From Alphaproteobacteria bacterium (lineage in GTDB: Bacteria > Pseudomonadota > Alphaproteobacteria > UBA828), in NCBI GenBank assembly GCA_963667785.2, contig CAXXMU010000008.1, positions 68,641 through 132,640 on the forward strand: a stretch of 64,000 nucleotides of DNA, written 5' to 3'. Positions 23,144-32,761 of this stretch are shown here, piece after piece. Under the pieces are notes generated by a model. That model saw only the letters and a list, made by a program, of their open reading frames with translations, ran no database searches and had not been told where the DNA came from. Made by a program: the position numbers and the translations under genes. The number at the start of each line of letters is the position of its first letter. Within the stretch, counting starts at the first letter, position 1.

Positions 23144-24367
23144 ATCGTCACCGCCGCCATCGCCGCCATCGCCACCGCCTGCCTCCGCCGACTGCCGCCG
23201 GAGACGGCACACGGCACGGCGCTCGCCCTGCTCGGGCGCGGTTGGCTGCCGCCGCCGGAGCCGCCCGCGCCGGCCCTGGCGACGAACGTCTGGGGGCTGC
23301 GCTTCCCGACGCCGGTGGGACTCGCCGCCGGCTTCGACAAGGACGTGCGCTGCCCGGACGGCGCGGCTGCGCTGGGTTTCGGCTTCGGCGAGCTCGGCAC
23401 GGTGACGCCCCGGCCGCAGCCGGGCAATCCCCGGCCGCGCCTCTTCCGGCTCAGGCGGGAGCGCGCGCTGATCAACCGGATGGGCTTCAACAGCGCCGGC
23501 CTCGACGTGGTCGCGCGTCGGCTGGAGCGTCGGCGCGCGGAGGGGGCGGCCGTCGCCTGCCCGCTCGGGGTCAATATCGGCGTTAACCGCGACAGCGCGG
23601 AGCCTGCCCGCGACTACGCCGCCGGCCTCGCGCGCGTGGCAGCGCTCGCCGACTACGTGGCGGTGAATGTCTCCTCGCCCAACACGCCGGGCTTGCGCGC
23701 CTGGCAGGAGGGCGACGCGCTCCACCGCCTGCTGGCTGCGCTGGCCGATACCTGCGCCCGCCTCGACCCCGCGCCGCCCGTCCTGCTCAAGCTCGCGCCG
23801 GAGATCGACGACGCGGCGCTTGCGGCGCTGCTCGACTCCGCCCGCGACGCGCCCGTCGCCGGGCTGATCCTCACCAACACGACGACCACGCGCCCGCCCG
23901 GCCTCGCCTCGCGCCGGCGGGGAGAGGCGGGCGGCCTCAGCGGTCCGCCGCTCGCACCGCGCGCGCTCGCGGTTCTGCGCAGCGCCTGGGCGCTGAGCGA
24001 CGGCCGCCTGCCGCTGATCGGGGTTGGCGGGATCGATTCGGCCGACGCCGCCTACGCCCGCATCCGCGCCGGCGCGAGCCTGGTGCAGCTCTACACCGCG
24101 CTCGCCTATCGCGGGCCGGGCCTGGTCACCGAGATCACGCGGGGGCTCGCCCGGCTGCTGGCGGCGGACGGCTTCGCTTGCGTGGCGGACGCCGTCGGTG
24201 CCGATCACCGCTCCCCGCCTTCGCGCGCTCAGGATGCAGCGGCGATCTCTCCGGCGATGGCACGCGCCGCGGCGAGCGGATCGGGCGCCTGCGTTATGGG
24301 GCGGCCGACGACCAGCGCCGTCGCGCCGGCGCGCGCCGCATCGGCGGGCGTCGCCACCCGCGCCTGA
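23144..24367 (+). CDS. pyrD: Quinone-dependent dihydroorotate dehydrogenase (start uncertain, possibly ATC at 23144)
   Basis: GLAAGFDK, PQPGNPRPRLFRL, INRMGFN, NVSSPNTPGLR, GGLSG, ASLVQLYT. The conserved N-terminal LPPETAH lies upstream of the ORF-track start 23315. Confidence 0.9.
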   Translation: MVTAAIAAIATACLRRLPPETAHGTALALLGRGWLPPPEPPAPALATNVWGLRFPTPVGLAAGFDKDVRCPDGAAALGFGFGELGTVTPRPQPGNPRPRLFRLRRERALINRMGFNSAGLDVVARRLERRRAEGAAVACPLGVNIGVNRDSAEPARDYAAGLARVAALADYVAVNVSSPNTPGLRAWQEGDALHRLLAALADTCARLDPAPPVLLKLAPEIDDAALAALLDSARDAPVAGLILTNTTTTRPPGLASRRRGEAGGLSGPPLAPRALAVLRSAWALSDGRLPLIGVGGIDSADAAYARIRAGASLVQLYTALAYRGPGLVTEITRGLARLLAADGFACVADAVGADHRSPPSRAQDAAAISPAMARAAASGSGACVMGRPTTSAVAPARAASAGVATRA

Positions 24368-24954
24368 TCGGCCCTGGCGCTGCCGCTCCCGCCTGCGGGA
24401 CGGATGCCGGGCACGACGATGGCGAAGTCCGGGCCGTGCTCGGCGCGGAGCGCGGCCACCTCCTGCGGGCTCGCGATCACGCCTGCGAGCCCCGCTTCGC
24501 GCGCGAGCGCGGCGAGGCGCAGCACCTGCGCGCCGGCTGGGCCGGCGATGCCCTGGTGTGCCAGCGCGGCGTCGTCGAGGCTGGTGAGCACGGTGACGCC
24601 GAGCAGGCCGGGCGGTGCGGTGCCTTGGCGCGCGGCTTCCTCCTCGCCCGCCTCGCGCGCCGCCCGCATCATGGCGAGCCCGCCGGCGGCGTGGATGGTG
24701 AGGTAGTGCGGCGCGAGCGCCACCACGCTCCGCACCGCGCCGGCGACGGTGTTCGGGATGTCGTGGAGCTTGAGGTCGAGGAAGAGCGGCCTTCCCGCCG
24801 CGCCCACGGCGGCGACGCCTGAGGGCCCGTGGGCGCAGAAATACTCGAGGCCGAGCTTGAGGCCGTCCACCGCCGGCGCGAGCAGGCCCGCCAGCCGCTC
24901 GACCTCGGGCCGGTCGCGCGCATCGAGGGCGCAGTAGAGGGAGACGTTCGGCAT
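24229..24954 (-). CDS. pyrF: Orotidine-5'-phosphate decarboxylase
   Basis: FLDLKLHDIPNTV, VTVLTS, VPGIRP, DQARV, VVGRPI. Confidence 0.96.
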   Translation of the reverse strand: MPNVSLYCALDARDRPEVERLAGLLAPAVDGLKLGLEYFCAHGPSGVAAVGAAGRPLFLDLKLHDIPNTVAGAVRSVVALAPHYLTIHAAGGLAMMRAAREAGEEEAARQGTAPPGLLGVTVLTSLDDAALAHQGIAGPAGAQVLRLAALAREAGLAGVIASPQEVAALRAEHGPDFAIVVPGIRPAGGSGSARADQARVATPADAARAGATALVVGRPITQAPDPLAAARAIAGEIAAAS

Positions 24955-25034
24955 CAGCGTTCCATCCGGGCCGGGTTAGTCTACCCTCGGGTGCGGCGCG
25001 GGACGACCGGGCGGCCGAGGTGCGGAGGGCGGCG

Positions 25035-25673
25035 GTGAGCGGGACGGCAGAGGAGATCGCGGCGGCCCTGCTCGACGCGGATGCGCTGCTGGTGCGTCCC
25101 GAAGCGCCGTTCCGGCTTACCTCGGGGCTCCGCGCGCCGTTCTACATCAACTGCCGGCTGATCCTGTCGCGGCCCGACGCCCGCGCCAGGGCCGCGGCGG
25201 CGCTGGCGGATACCGTGCCGATGTCGGCCACCACGGTCATCGCCGGCGGGGTCACCGCGGGCGTGCCCTTCGCCACCCTCGTCGCCGAGCGCCTCGGGCT
25301 GCCGCTGGTCTATGTCCGGGCTGAGGCCAAGGCGCACGGCACCGCCGGCCGCATCGAGGGCGGCGCGGTCGCCGGCGAGCGCGTCCTCCTGATCGAGGAC
25401 CTGATCTCGACCGCCGGCAGCATCCTCGCCTTCACCCGCACCCTGCGCGAGGCGGGCGCGGCGGTGGACGGCGTCAGCGTGCTGTTCTCGCGCGCTGGCG
25501 CGTCGGCGCAAGCCGCGCTGGAGGAGGCGGGCCTCGCATTCACCGCCGTCTGCGATCTCGACACGCTGCTCCAGGTGGCGCTCGCCGAAGGGCGCATCGA
25601 CGAGGCAGCGCTCGGCGAGGTCCGGGCCTTCCTCGCCGACCCCGAGGGCTGGTCCGCCGCCCACGACTCCTAG
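25035..25673 (+). CDS. pyrE: Orotate phosphoribosyltransferase
   Basis: FRLTSGLRAPFYINCR, YVR..AKAHG, IEDLISTAGS PRPP-binding loop; pyr gene context. Confidence 0.9.
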   Translation: MSGTAEEIAAALLDADALLVRPEAPFRLTSGLRAPFYINCRLILSRPDARARAAAALADTVPMSATTVIAGGVTAGVPFATLVAERLGLPLVYVRAEAKAHGTAGRIEGGAVAGERVLLIEDLISTAGSILAFTRTLREAGAAVDGVSVLFSRAGASAQAALEEAGLAFTAVCDLDTLLQVALAEGRIDEAALGEVRAFLADPEGWSAAHDS

Positions 25674-25689
25674 AGAGAGTCCGTCCGTC

Positions 25690-27021
25690 TCAAAAATCGA
25701 TGGCGCGGCCCTTGCGCTCCCAGTCGCCGTAGCGAGTCGGTTCCGGCCCCGCCGGGCCGCCCGTCTCGGGGATGGATTCCAGTCTGTTTTCGGGGCCATT
25801 CCCTGATTGAGGGACCGTCGCAACCTCTGCGAGCTTCGGGGCTGTCTTGCCGGCCCGTGCCAGAACGTCCGGTCCTATCGAGGCGATGTCGGCGAGACCG
25901 CAGAGCCCCATGGCGAGGTCGAGCTCGCGGCGGAGGATGTCGAAGGCGTGGGCGACGCCCGCTTCGCCCGCGACCGCCAGCCCCCAGAACTGCGCCCGGC
26001 CGATGGTGCAGCAGTCTGCGCCCAGCGCCAGCGCCTTGACCATGTGGGTGCCCCGCCTGATCCCGCCGTCGAGCAGCACGGCAGCGCGGCCCGCCACAGC
26101 CTCCGCCACGCGGGGCAGCGCGTCGAGCGCGCTCGCGGCGCCGTCGAGCTGGCGGCCGCCGTGATTGGAGACGAACATCCCGTCCACGCCGTTTGCCACC
26201 GCCTCGGCAGCATCGGCGGGGTGGAGCACGCCCTTGAGCAGCAGCGGTCCCTTCCAGACGGCTCGCAACGCCGCGACGTCGTCCCACTGCATGCCCTGGT
26301 CGGGCAGCGCCAGCATGCGGTGGTGGAGGGTGGTGAGGTCGTTGGCGCCGCCGGGCCTGCGGTAGTTGCCGAAGGTAATGTTCGGAATGGTGCGCCGCAT
26401 CCGCAGCAGCCAGCGCACCTTGGTCGCCATGTTGGCAATCTCGCCGGCGGAAAACCGGGGCGGGATGACGAATCCGTTGCGGATGTCGCGTTCGCGGTTG
26501 CCGAGCATCTGGGTGTCGATGGTGACCACCAGCGCCTCGTAGCCGGCAGCCGCCGCCCGCGCCGCCATCTCGTGGGTGAGTCCGCGGTCCGTGTAGATGT
26601 AGGTCTGGAACCAGCGCGGCGAGAGGCCGGTCTCGGCCAGCTCTTCGAGGGTGCAGACCGAGCCGTGGCTGAGGCAGTAGATCGAGCCTGCCTTGGTCGC
26701 CGCCCGTGCCGAAGCGGCTTCGCCGTTCGGCCAGAGCAGCCCGGCCAGTCCGGTCGGCGGAACGATGAGCGGCATGGAGAGCCGCCGGCCGAAGAGCGTG
26801 GTCGAGAGGTCGCGGCTCGCCGAGCCGCCGATGGGGCGCGGATAGAGGGCCACGTCATCGAAGGCGGAGACGTTCCGCCGCAGCGTGTGCTCGTCGCCCG
26901 CGCCGCCGTCCACGAAATCGAACACCGCGCGCGGCAGCACCCGCCGGGCCTCGGCCCGGAGCGCCTCGATGTTGTAGGCCCGCCGCTTCCAGCGGGGCAT
27001 GCGCTCGCTCGCCATCGTCAT
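25690..27021 (-). CDS. FMN-dependent alpha-hydroxy acid oxidase/dehydrogenase with C-terminal DUF1674-like tail
   Basis: FDFVDGGAGDE.TLRRN, GNRERD, LLLKG, SNHGGRQLDG, DGGIRRG; ends GGPAGPEPTRYGDWERKGRAIDF. Confidence 0.88.
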   Translation of the reverse strand: MTMASERMPRWKRRAYNIEALRAEARRVLPRAVFDFVDGGAGDEHTLRRNVSAFDDVALYPRPIGGSASRDLSTTLFGRRLSMPLIVPPTGLAGLLWPNGEAASARAATKAGSIYCLSHGSVCTLEELAETGLSPRWFQTYIYTDRGLTHEMAARAAAAGYEALVVTIDTQMLGNRERDIRNGFVIPPRFSAGEIANMATKVRWLLRMRRTIPNITFGNYRRPGGANDLTTLHHRMLALPDQGMQWDDVAALRAVWKGPLLLKGVLHPADAAEAVANGVDGMFVSNHGGRQLDGAASALDALPRVAEAVAGRAAVLLDGGIRRGTHMVKALALGADCCTIGRAQFWGLAVAGEAGVAHAFDILRRELDLAMGLCGLADIASIGPDVLARAGKTAPKLAEVATVPQSGNGPENRLESIPETGGPAGPEPTRYGDWERKGRAIDF

Positions 27022-27168
27022 CCCCCGTAGGGAGGTGCGCCAGTATAGGCGGCCGGGCCTCTGCGCGCATGGGCGCCGGGGCTCGCTTGACCCGTACGGG
27101 TGCCGGTAAGACACTGCCCCGCCGCCGGCAACCGATGTCGGCGGACGGACAATCACGCGGTGCGGCCC

Positions 27169-29247
27169 ATGAAGCTGATCGGCGTCGACGTCGGCGGCAC
27201 CTTCACCGACCTCATCATCACCGACAGCGAGACGCGCGAGAGCGCGATCCACAAGGTGCCCACGACCCCGGACGACCCCTCCGACGGCGCCGCGGCGGGC
27301 ATCGCCCAGCTCTGCGAGCGCAGCGGCACGGCGCCCGGATCCATCGCCCACGTCTTCCACGGCACCACGATCTCGACCAACGCGGTGCTCCAGTACGACG
27401 GCGCCGAGACCGGGATGATCACGTCCGCCGGCTACCGCGACATCATCCACATCGGCCGCCACCAGCGGCCGCAGAACTACTCCATCATGCAGGACATCCC
27501 CTGGCAGGCGCGCCCGCTGGTGCGCCGCCGCCATCGGCTGACCGTGGGCGAGCGCCGCGCGCCGCCGCAGGGCGAGGTGCTGGAGCCGCTGGACGAGGAG
27601 GGCGTGCGCGAGGCCGCGCGCAGCCTGCGCGAGAAGGGCGTGGAGGCGGTCGCGATCTGCTTCCTCTTCGCCTACATCGACCCGGAGCACGAGGAGCGCG
27701 CGCGGGCCATCGTGCTGGAGGAATGGCCCGAGGCCTTCGTCACCACCTCGGCCCGCGTGGCGCCGCAGTTCCGCGAGTTCGAGCGCTTCACCACGGCGGC
27801 GATGAACGCCTTCATCGGTCCCAAGGTGCGCACCTACGTGCGCCGCTTCGAGGACCGGCTGAAGCAGGCCGGAATCGCCGGCGACCTCCACATCATGGGA
27901 TCGAACGGCGGCGTCGCGACCGCGGCGATGGTGGCGGACGTGCCGGTCATCACGCTCATGTCGGGGCCGGCCGCCGGCGTGCTCGGCGGCGCCTGGGCGG
28001 CGGAGCACTCCGCCCGCCGCCGGCTCATCACCTTCGACGTGGGCGGTACCAGCGCCGACATCGGCATCGTCATCGACGGCCGCTACAACGAGGCGACGGC
28101 GCGGGATACCTGGATCGGCGGCTACCCGGTGCTGGTGCCGATGATCGACATCACCACCATCGGCGCCGGCGGCGGCAGCATCGCCCGGGTCGACGCGGGC
28201 GGCGCCTTCAAGGTGGGGCCGGAGAGCGCGGGCTCGCAGCCGGGCCCCGCCTGCTACGGCCGGGGCGGCGGCGCGCCGACGGTGACCGACGCCAACCTGG
28301 TGCTCGGCCGGCTGGATGCGGACAACTTCCTCGGCGGCGAGATGACGCTGGCGCCGGAGCGGGCGGATGCCGCGATCGGCGCGCTTGCGGACGCGCTCGG
28401 AGTCGACCGGCACGAGGCGGCGGAAGGCGTACTCACCATCGTCAACGCCAACATGGCGAACGCCATCCGCTCCAAGACGGTGCAGAAGGGGCTCGATCCG
28501 CGCGACTTCTCGCTGGTCGCCTTCGGCGGCGCGGGCCCGCTGCACGGCGCCGAGGTCGCGGCCATGCTCGACGTGCCGGAGGTGGTGGTGCCGCCCCATC
28601 CCGGCATCACGTCTGCGGCGGGGCTGCTCACCACCGATCTCAAGTACGACCAGATCATGACCGCCTTCCAGGTCAAGGGCGCGGTCGACGTCGCGCGCAT
28701 CAACCGCGACTTCGCCCGGCTCAGCCGCGACCTCATGGCGCAGTACGAGGCTGCGGGCCTCGGGCCGGAGCGGGTGGAGGAGCGCCGCGCCGGGGACCTG
28801 CGCTATGTCGGCCAGGGCTACGAGCTGCGCGTGCCCTTCCCGGCGGACGCGCTGGACGAGGCGGGGCTCGAGCAGGTCTGGCAGGCCTTCCACGCGCTGC
28901 ACGAGCGGGAATACGGCCACTGCTTCACCGAGAGCCCCATCGAGATCGTGAACATCCGCATCACCGGCGTTGGCCGCATGCCCAAGATCGCGGCCCCGCC
29001 TGCGCCGGCCGGCGGCTCGCTGGCGGACGCGCTGGTGAAGACCGCGCGCTCGGTCTTCCGCGTCGACGGTGCGCTCGAAGGCTGCGACACGGCGTTCTAC
29101 CGCCGCGACGCGCTGCCGCTGGAGGAGCCCATCCCCGGCCCTGCGATCATCGTGCAGAAGGACGCCACCACCGTGGTGCCGCCCGGCTGGTCGGTGCGCC
29201 TGGACGGGAGCGCCAACCTCATCCTGCGCCTGGGCGAGGAGGAGTAG
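27169..29247 (+). CDS. Hydantoinase/oxoprolinase subunit A
   Basis: IGVDVGGTFTD, HGTT..TNA, SGPAAG, DVGGTSAD, GAGGGSIA, AFGGAGPLH. Confidence 0.93.
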   Translation: MKLIGVDVGGTFTDLIITDSETRESAIHKVPTTPDDPSDGAAAGIAQLCERSGTAPGSIAHVFHGTTISTNAVLQYDGAETGMITSAGYRDIIHIGRHQRPQNYSIMQDIPWQARPLVRRRHRLTVGERRAPPQGEVLEPLDEEGVREAARSLREKGVEAVAICFLFAYIDPEHEERARAIVLEEWPEAFVTTSARVAPQFREFERFTTAAMNAFIGPKVRTYVRRFEDRLKQAGIAGDLHIMGSNGGVATAAMVADVPVITLMSGPAAGVLGGAWAAEHSARRRLITFDVGGTSADIGIVIDGRYNEATARDTWIGGYPVLVPMIDITTIGAGGGSIARVDAGGAFKVGPESAGSQPGPACYGRGGGAPTVTDANLVLGRLDADNFLGGEMTLAPERADAAIGALADALGVDRHEAAEGVLTIVNANMANAIRSKTVQKGLDPRDFSLVAFGGAGPLHGAEVAAMLDVPEVVVPPHPGITSAAGLLTTDLKYDQIMTAFQVKGAVDVARINRDFARLSRDLMAQYEAAGLGPERVEERRAGDLRYVGQGYELRVPFPADALDEAGLEQVWQAFHALHEREYGHCFTESPIEIVNIRITGVGRMPKIAAPPAPAGGSLADALVKTARSVFRVDGALEGCDTAFYRRDALPLEEPIPGPAIIVQKDATTVVPPGWSVRLDGSANLILRLGEEE

Positions 29248-29250
29248 ACC

Positions 29251-31038
29251 ATGGCTGAGACGCCGAACCGCCGCCCCATCGACGCCGTCACCGCGAGCGT
29301 CATCCAGGGCGCGCTGGAGAATATCGCGGTCGAGATGGGCTGGAAGCTCATGCGCATGTCGTATTCCTCGATCATCCGGGAATCCGAGGACTTCGGCGCC
29401 GCGATCATCGACCGCCACGGCCGCCAGCTCTGCGAATCGGTGCACTCGACGCCGCTCCAGTCGGGACCGATCCCGGGCTACGTGAAGGGGATGAACCAAA
29501 TCCTGGAGGAGCGCGGCCAGACGCTGCACGAGGGCGACGTCATCATCCACAACTCGGCCTATCACGGCGCGAGCCACGGGCCGGACGTGGCCTTCATCGT
29601 GCCGGTCTTCCACGGCGGCGGGCTGGTGGGCTACGCCGTCACCACGGCGCACCACCTCGATATCGGCGCGCTCAGCCCCGGAAGCTGCGGCATCGTCGAC
29701 GCCATGGACGCCTACGCCGAGGGCCTGCAGTTCAAGGCGCTCAAGGCCTACGACAGAGGTGCCGCGAACGAGGCGCTCTGGCACATGATGCGCGACAACA
29801 TCCGTGCGCCGGACATGGTGGTGGGCGACATGGAGGCGCAGGTGGCGGCCAGCAGGATCGGCGCCGAGCGCTACCTCGCGCTGATCGAGCGCCACGGGCT
29901 CGACACCGTGGAGGCGGCGGCCGATGCGCTGATGGACTATTCCGAGAGGCTCATGCGCCAGGCCATCCAGGCGCTGCCGGACGGCACCTACCGGGCCGAA
30001 GGCTTCGTGGACGGCTTCCTCGACGACCCGGACAGGCGCCACTTCAAGGTCGCCGTCGCCGTCACCGTCAACGGCAGCGAGATGGTCGTCGACCTCGACG
30101 GCACCGCGCGGCAATGCGACGACCGGCCCATCAACATGCCGCTCGAAGGCACGGTGGATTGCGCGATCTGGCTGACCGTGCGCTCGATCCTGCTGGACAG
30201 CGAGAGCTTCGGCCACATTCCGCAGAACTCGGGTCTCATCCGCCCCATCACCATCAGGGCGCCGGAGGGCACCATCGCCAATCCCACCTTCCCGGCGCCC
30301 ACCATCGCGCGCTTCGTCTCCGGCAACATCGTCGCCGACACGCTGATGAAGGCGCTCGCCCAGGCGGTGCCGGACAAGGTCTCCGCCGGCGTCGGCAACC
30401 TCAAGGTGATCGCCTTCTCCGGCATCAAGGACGGCGGCCACTGGGTCCACATGGACATCCACGAGGGCAGCTACGGCGGCCGTGCCGGCAAGGACGGGAT
30501 GGACGCGGTGGACACGCTCTACGCCAACACCCGCAACAACCCGATCGAGGACATCGAGTCCCACCTGCCGCTCCGCATCGCCCGCTACGAGCTGCGCGAC
30601 GACGCGTCGGCCGCCGGGCGCTGGCGCGGCGGCATCGGCTCGGTCCGCGAGGTCTCCTTCCTCGCCGACAGCTTCATCTCGGTGGAGGGCGACGGCCACG
30701 CCTTCCGCCCCTGGGGCTTCGAGGGCGGCGCGGAGGGCCGCGAGGCGGCGCTGGTCTATCACCGCGCCGACGGCGAGGACATTCCGTTCCCCTCGATGAT
30801 GCCGAACCGCGCGGTCAAGGCCGGCGAGAGGCTCACTCTCACCGGCACCTGCGGCGGCGGCTACGGCGCGGCGGCCGAGCGGACAGCGGAAGCGGTCGCG
30901 GACGACGTGCGCGACGGCTACATCTCGCGCGAGACGGCGGAGACCCGCTACGGCGTCGTGCTCACCGAAGCGGGCGCGCTCGACGCCGCCGCCACCGCCG
31001 CCCGCCGCGCCGAGATGCCGCAGAGCGACGGACGTTAG
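29251..31038 (+). CDS. Hydantoinase/oxoprolinase subunit B
   Basis: SSIIRESEDF, HHLDIG...PGS, EGLQ, NNPIEDIES, GRWRGG, GGGYG. Confidence 0.93.
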   Translation: MAETPNRRPIDAVTASVIQGALENIAVEMGWKLMRMSYSSIIRESEDFGAAIIDRHGRQLCESVHSTPLQSGPIPGYVKGMNQILEERGQTLHEGDVIIHNSAYHGASHGPDVAFIVPVFHGGGLVGYAVTTAHHLDIGALSPGSCGIVDAMDAYAEGLQFKALKAYDRGAANEALWHMMRDNIRAPDMVVGDMEAQVAASRIGAERYLALIERHGLDTVEAAADALMDYSERLMRQAIQALPDGTYRAEGFVDGFLDDPDRRHFKVAVAVTVNGSEMVVDLDGTARQCDDRPINMPLEGTVDCAIWLTVRSILLDSESFGHIPQNSGLIRPITIRAPEGTIANPTFPAPTIARFVSGNIVADTLMKALAQAVPDKVSAGVGNLKVIAFSGIKDGGHWVHMDIHEGSYGGRAGKDGMDAVDTLYANTRNNPIEDIESHLPLRIARYELRDDASAAGRWRGGIGSVREVSFLADSFISVEGDGHAFRPWGFEGGAEGREAALVYHRADGEDIPFPSMMPNRAVKAGERLTLTGTCGGGYGAAAERTAEAVADDVRDGYISRETAETRYGVVLTEAGALDAAATAARRAEMPQSDGR

Positions 31039-31177
31039 GAGCACCGGGCCGCAGGCCCGGACGGCGCGACTGCGCGTCGCACGTCCACGTGCGCAGGCGC
31101 ACGATGCGCCATTGGCGCGTAGCCAAGCGAGCGGAGCGAGCGCCCGGCGACTGAGGGATATGAAGGGAGACGCACCG

Positions 31178-31936
31178 ATGAAGATCAAGGTGATCAACCC
31201 CAACACCACCATGGAGATGACCGAGGGGATCGGCGAGGCCGCGCGCTCGGTCGCGCGCGCGGGCACCGAGATCGCAGCCGTGAGCCCCGCGTTCGGTCCG
31301 GCCTCCATCGAGAGCTTCTACGACGAGCAGGTCGCCGCCTGCGGCGTCCTCGACGAGGTGCGCAAGGGTGAGGGCGAAGGCGTCGACGCCTATGTCATCG
31401 CCTGCTACGGCGACCCCGGCCTCCATGCCGCGCGCGAGATGACCGAGAAGCCGGTGATCGGCATCGCCGAGGCCTCGTTCTACACCGCGTCGATGGTGGC
31501 GGCGCGGTTTTCCGTCGTCTCGGTCATCCCCCGCATCCACACCCTGCTCGAGGAGATGGTGCAGGGCTACGGCATGGCGGAGCGCATCGTCGCCATCCGC
31601 ACGACGCCGCTCTACGTGCTGGACATCGAGCGCGATCCCGAGGGCTCGATGGAGCAGCTCAGGGACGAGGTGCGCCGCTCGGTGGCCGAGGACGACGCGG
31701 AGGCGGTCTGCCTCGGCTGCGCCGGCTTCGCCCGCTTCGCCGCCGAGCTCGAGGCCGAGCTCGGCGTGCCCATCCTCGACGGCGTCGTCTGCGCCACCAA
31801 GCAGGCCGAGGTGCTGGTCGAGCTCGGGCTCAGGACCAGCAAGCGCAAGACCTACCGTCCGCCGGAGCGCAAGCGCTTCACCGGCATGTTCAGCCACTTC
31901 GGCACCGCCGACGACATCGCCGACGCGGCGGAGTAG
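31178..31936 (+). CDS. Hydantoin/Asp/Glu racemase family protein
   Basis: INPNTT..MT, IACYGDPG, CLGCAG (two catalytic Cys), PILDGV. Confidence 0.92.
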   Translation: MKIKVINPNTTMEMTEGIGEAARSVARAGTEIAAVSPAFGPASIESFYDEQVAACGVLDEVRKGEGEGVDAYVIACYGDPGLHAAREMTEKPVIGIAEASFYTASMVAARFSVVSVIPRIHTLLEEMVQGYGMAERIVAIRTTPLYVLDIERDPEGSMEQLRDEVRRSVAEDDAEAVCLGCAGFARFAAELEAELGVPILDGVVCATKQAEVLVELGLRTSKRKTYRPPERKRFTGMFSHFGTADDIADAAE

Positions 31937-32096
31937 GGGAGGGCACTCCCTCCGGCGCTCTTCCGTTTCACGCGGAGACGCTCCGGGCTCTTTGTCGCTT
32001 ACGACAGCCGGCCATCGTTCGATTCCGCGCCTGAGCTCGCGCCTGCAAGGTCGCGAGCGCGGTGGATAAGGGCCGCGGGTGCGGCACAATTGTCCC

Positions 32097-32124
32097 TTGA
32101 CTAAAATAATAATAGTTCTAAGTT
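32097..32124 (+). promoter_or_regulatory. Putative promoter with overlapping Fur-family (PerR/Irr-like) box
   Basis: TTGACT...TAATAATAGTTCTAAG: AT-rich island resembling TTATAATNATTATAA / the ICE half-site TTCTAA, upstream of a peroxiredoxin. Confidence 0.5.
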
Positions 32125-32172
32125 GCATCTCAGGACCCAGGCAGCACACTATCCGGATCAGGAGCAAGCGCC

Positions 32173-32709
32173 ATGCGTGTACCCGAGGTGACGTTCAAGA
32201 CCCGCGTCCGTGACGAGAGTGTCGCGGGGCCGAACCCGTTCCGCTGGCAGGACAGGACCAGCGCCGACATCTTCTCCGGCCGCCGCGTCGTGCTCTTCGC
32301 GCTGCCGGGCGCGTTCACGCCCACCTGCAGCTCGACCCATCTGCCCGGCTACGAGGCGCTGCACCAGCGCTTCATGGACGCCGGCATCGACGAGGTGATC
32401 TGCCTCTCGGTCAACGACGCCTTCGTCATGTACCAGTGGGGCAGGCACCAGGGGGTCGAGAACGTCACCCTGCTGCCGGACGGCTGCGGCACCTTCACCC
32501 GGCAGATGGGCATGCTGGTGGACAAGGACAATCTCGGCTTCGGGATGCGGAGCTGGCGCTACTCGATGCTGGTCGAGGACGGCGAGATCGCCACGATGTT
32601 CGTGGAGCCGGGCCGCTGCGACAACGCGCCGGGCGACCCGTTCGAGGTCTCCGACGCGGAGACCATGCTCGCACACCTGGACTCGCTCGCTCGGTCGCGC
32701 GCGGCCTGA
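32173..32709 (+). CDS. Peroxiredoxin (Prx5-type)
   Basis: [33 protein letters not shown]. Confidence 0.95.
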   Translation: MRVPEVTFKTRVRDESVAGPNPFRWQDRTSADIFSGRRVVLFALPGAFTPTCSSTHLPGYEALHQRFMDAGIDEVICLSVNDAFVMYQWGRHQGVENVTLLPDGCGTFTRQMGMLVDKDNLGFGMRSWRYSMLVEDGEIATMFVEPGRCDNAPGDPFEVSDAETMLAHLDSLARSRAA

Positions 32710-32761
32710 GCGGCGTCGCCTGCCCCGGCGTGTCCTCCCTCGCGCCGGGGCAGGTCCCGCT

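Noticed and set aside
25690-31308. 1872-aa minus-strand ORF as one giant protein
   Set aside because: Only the last ~443 aa are real (oxidase); the rest is antisense to the hydantoinase genes.
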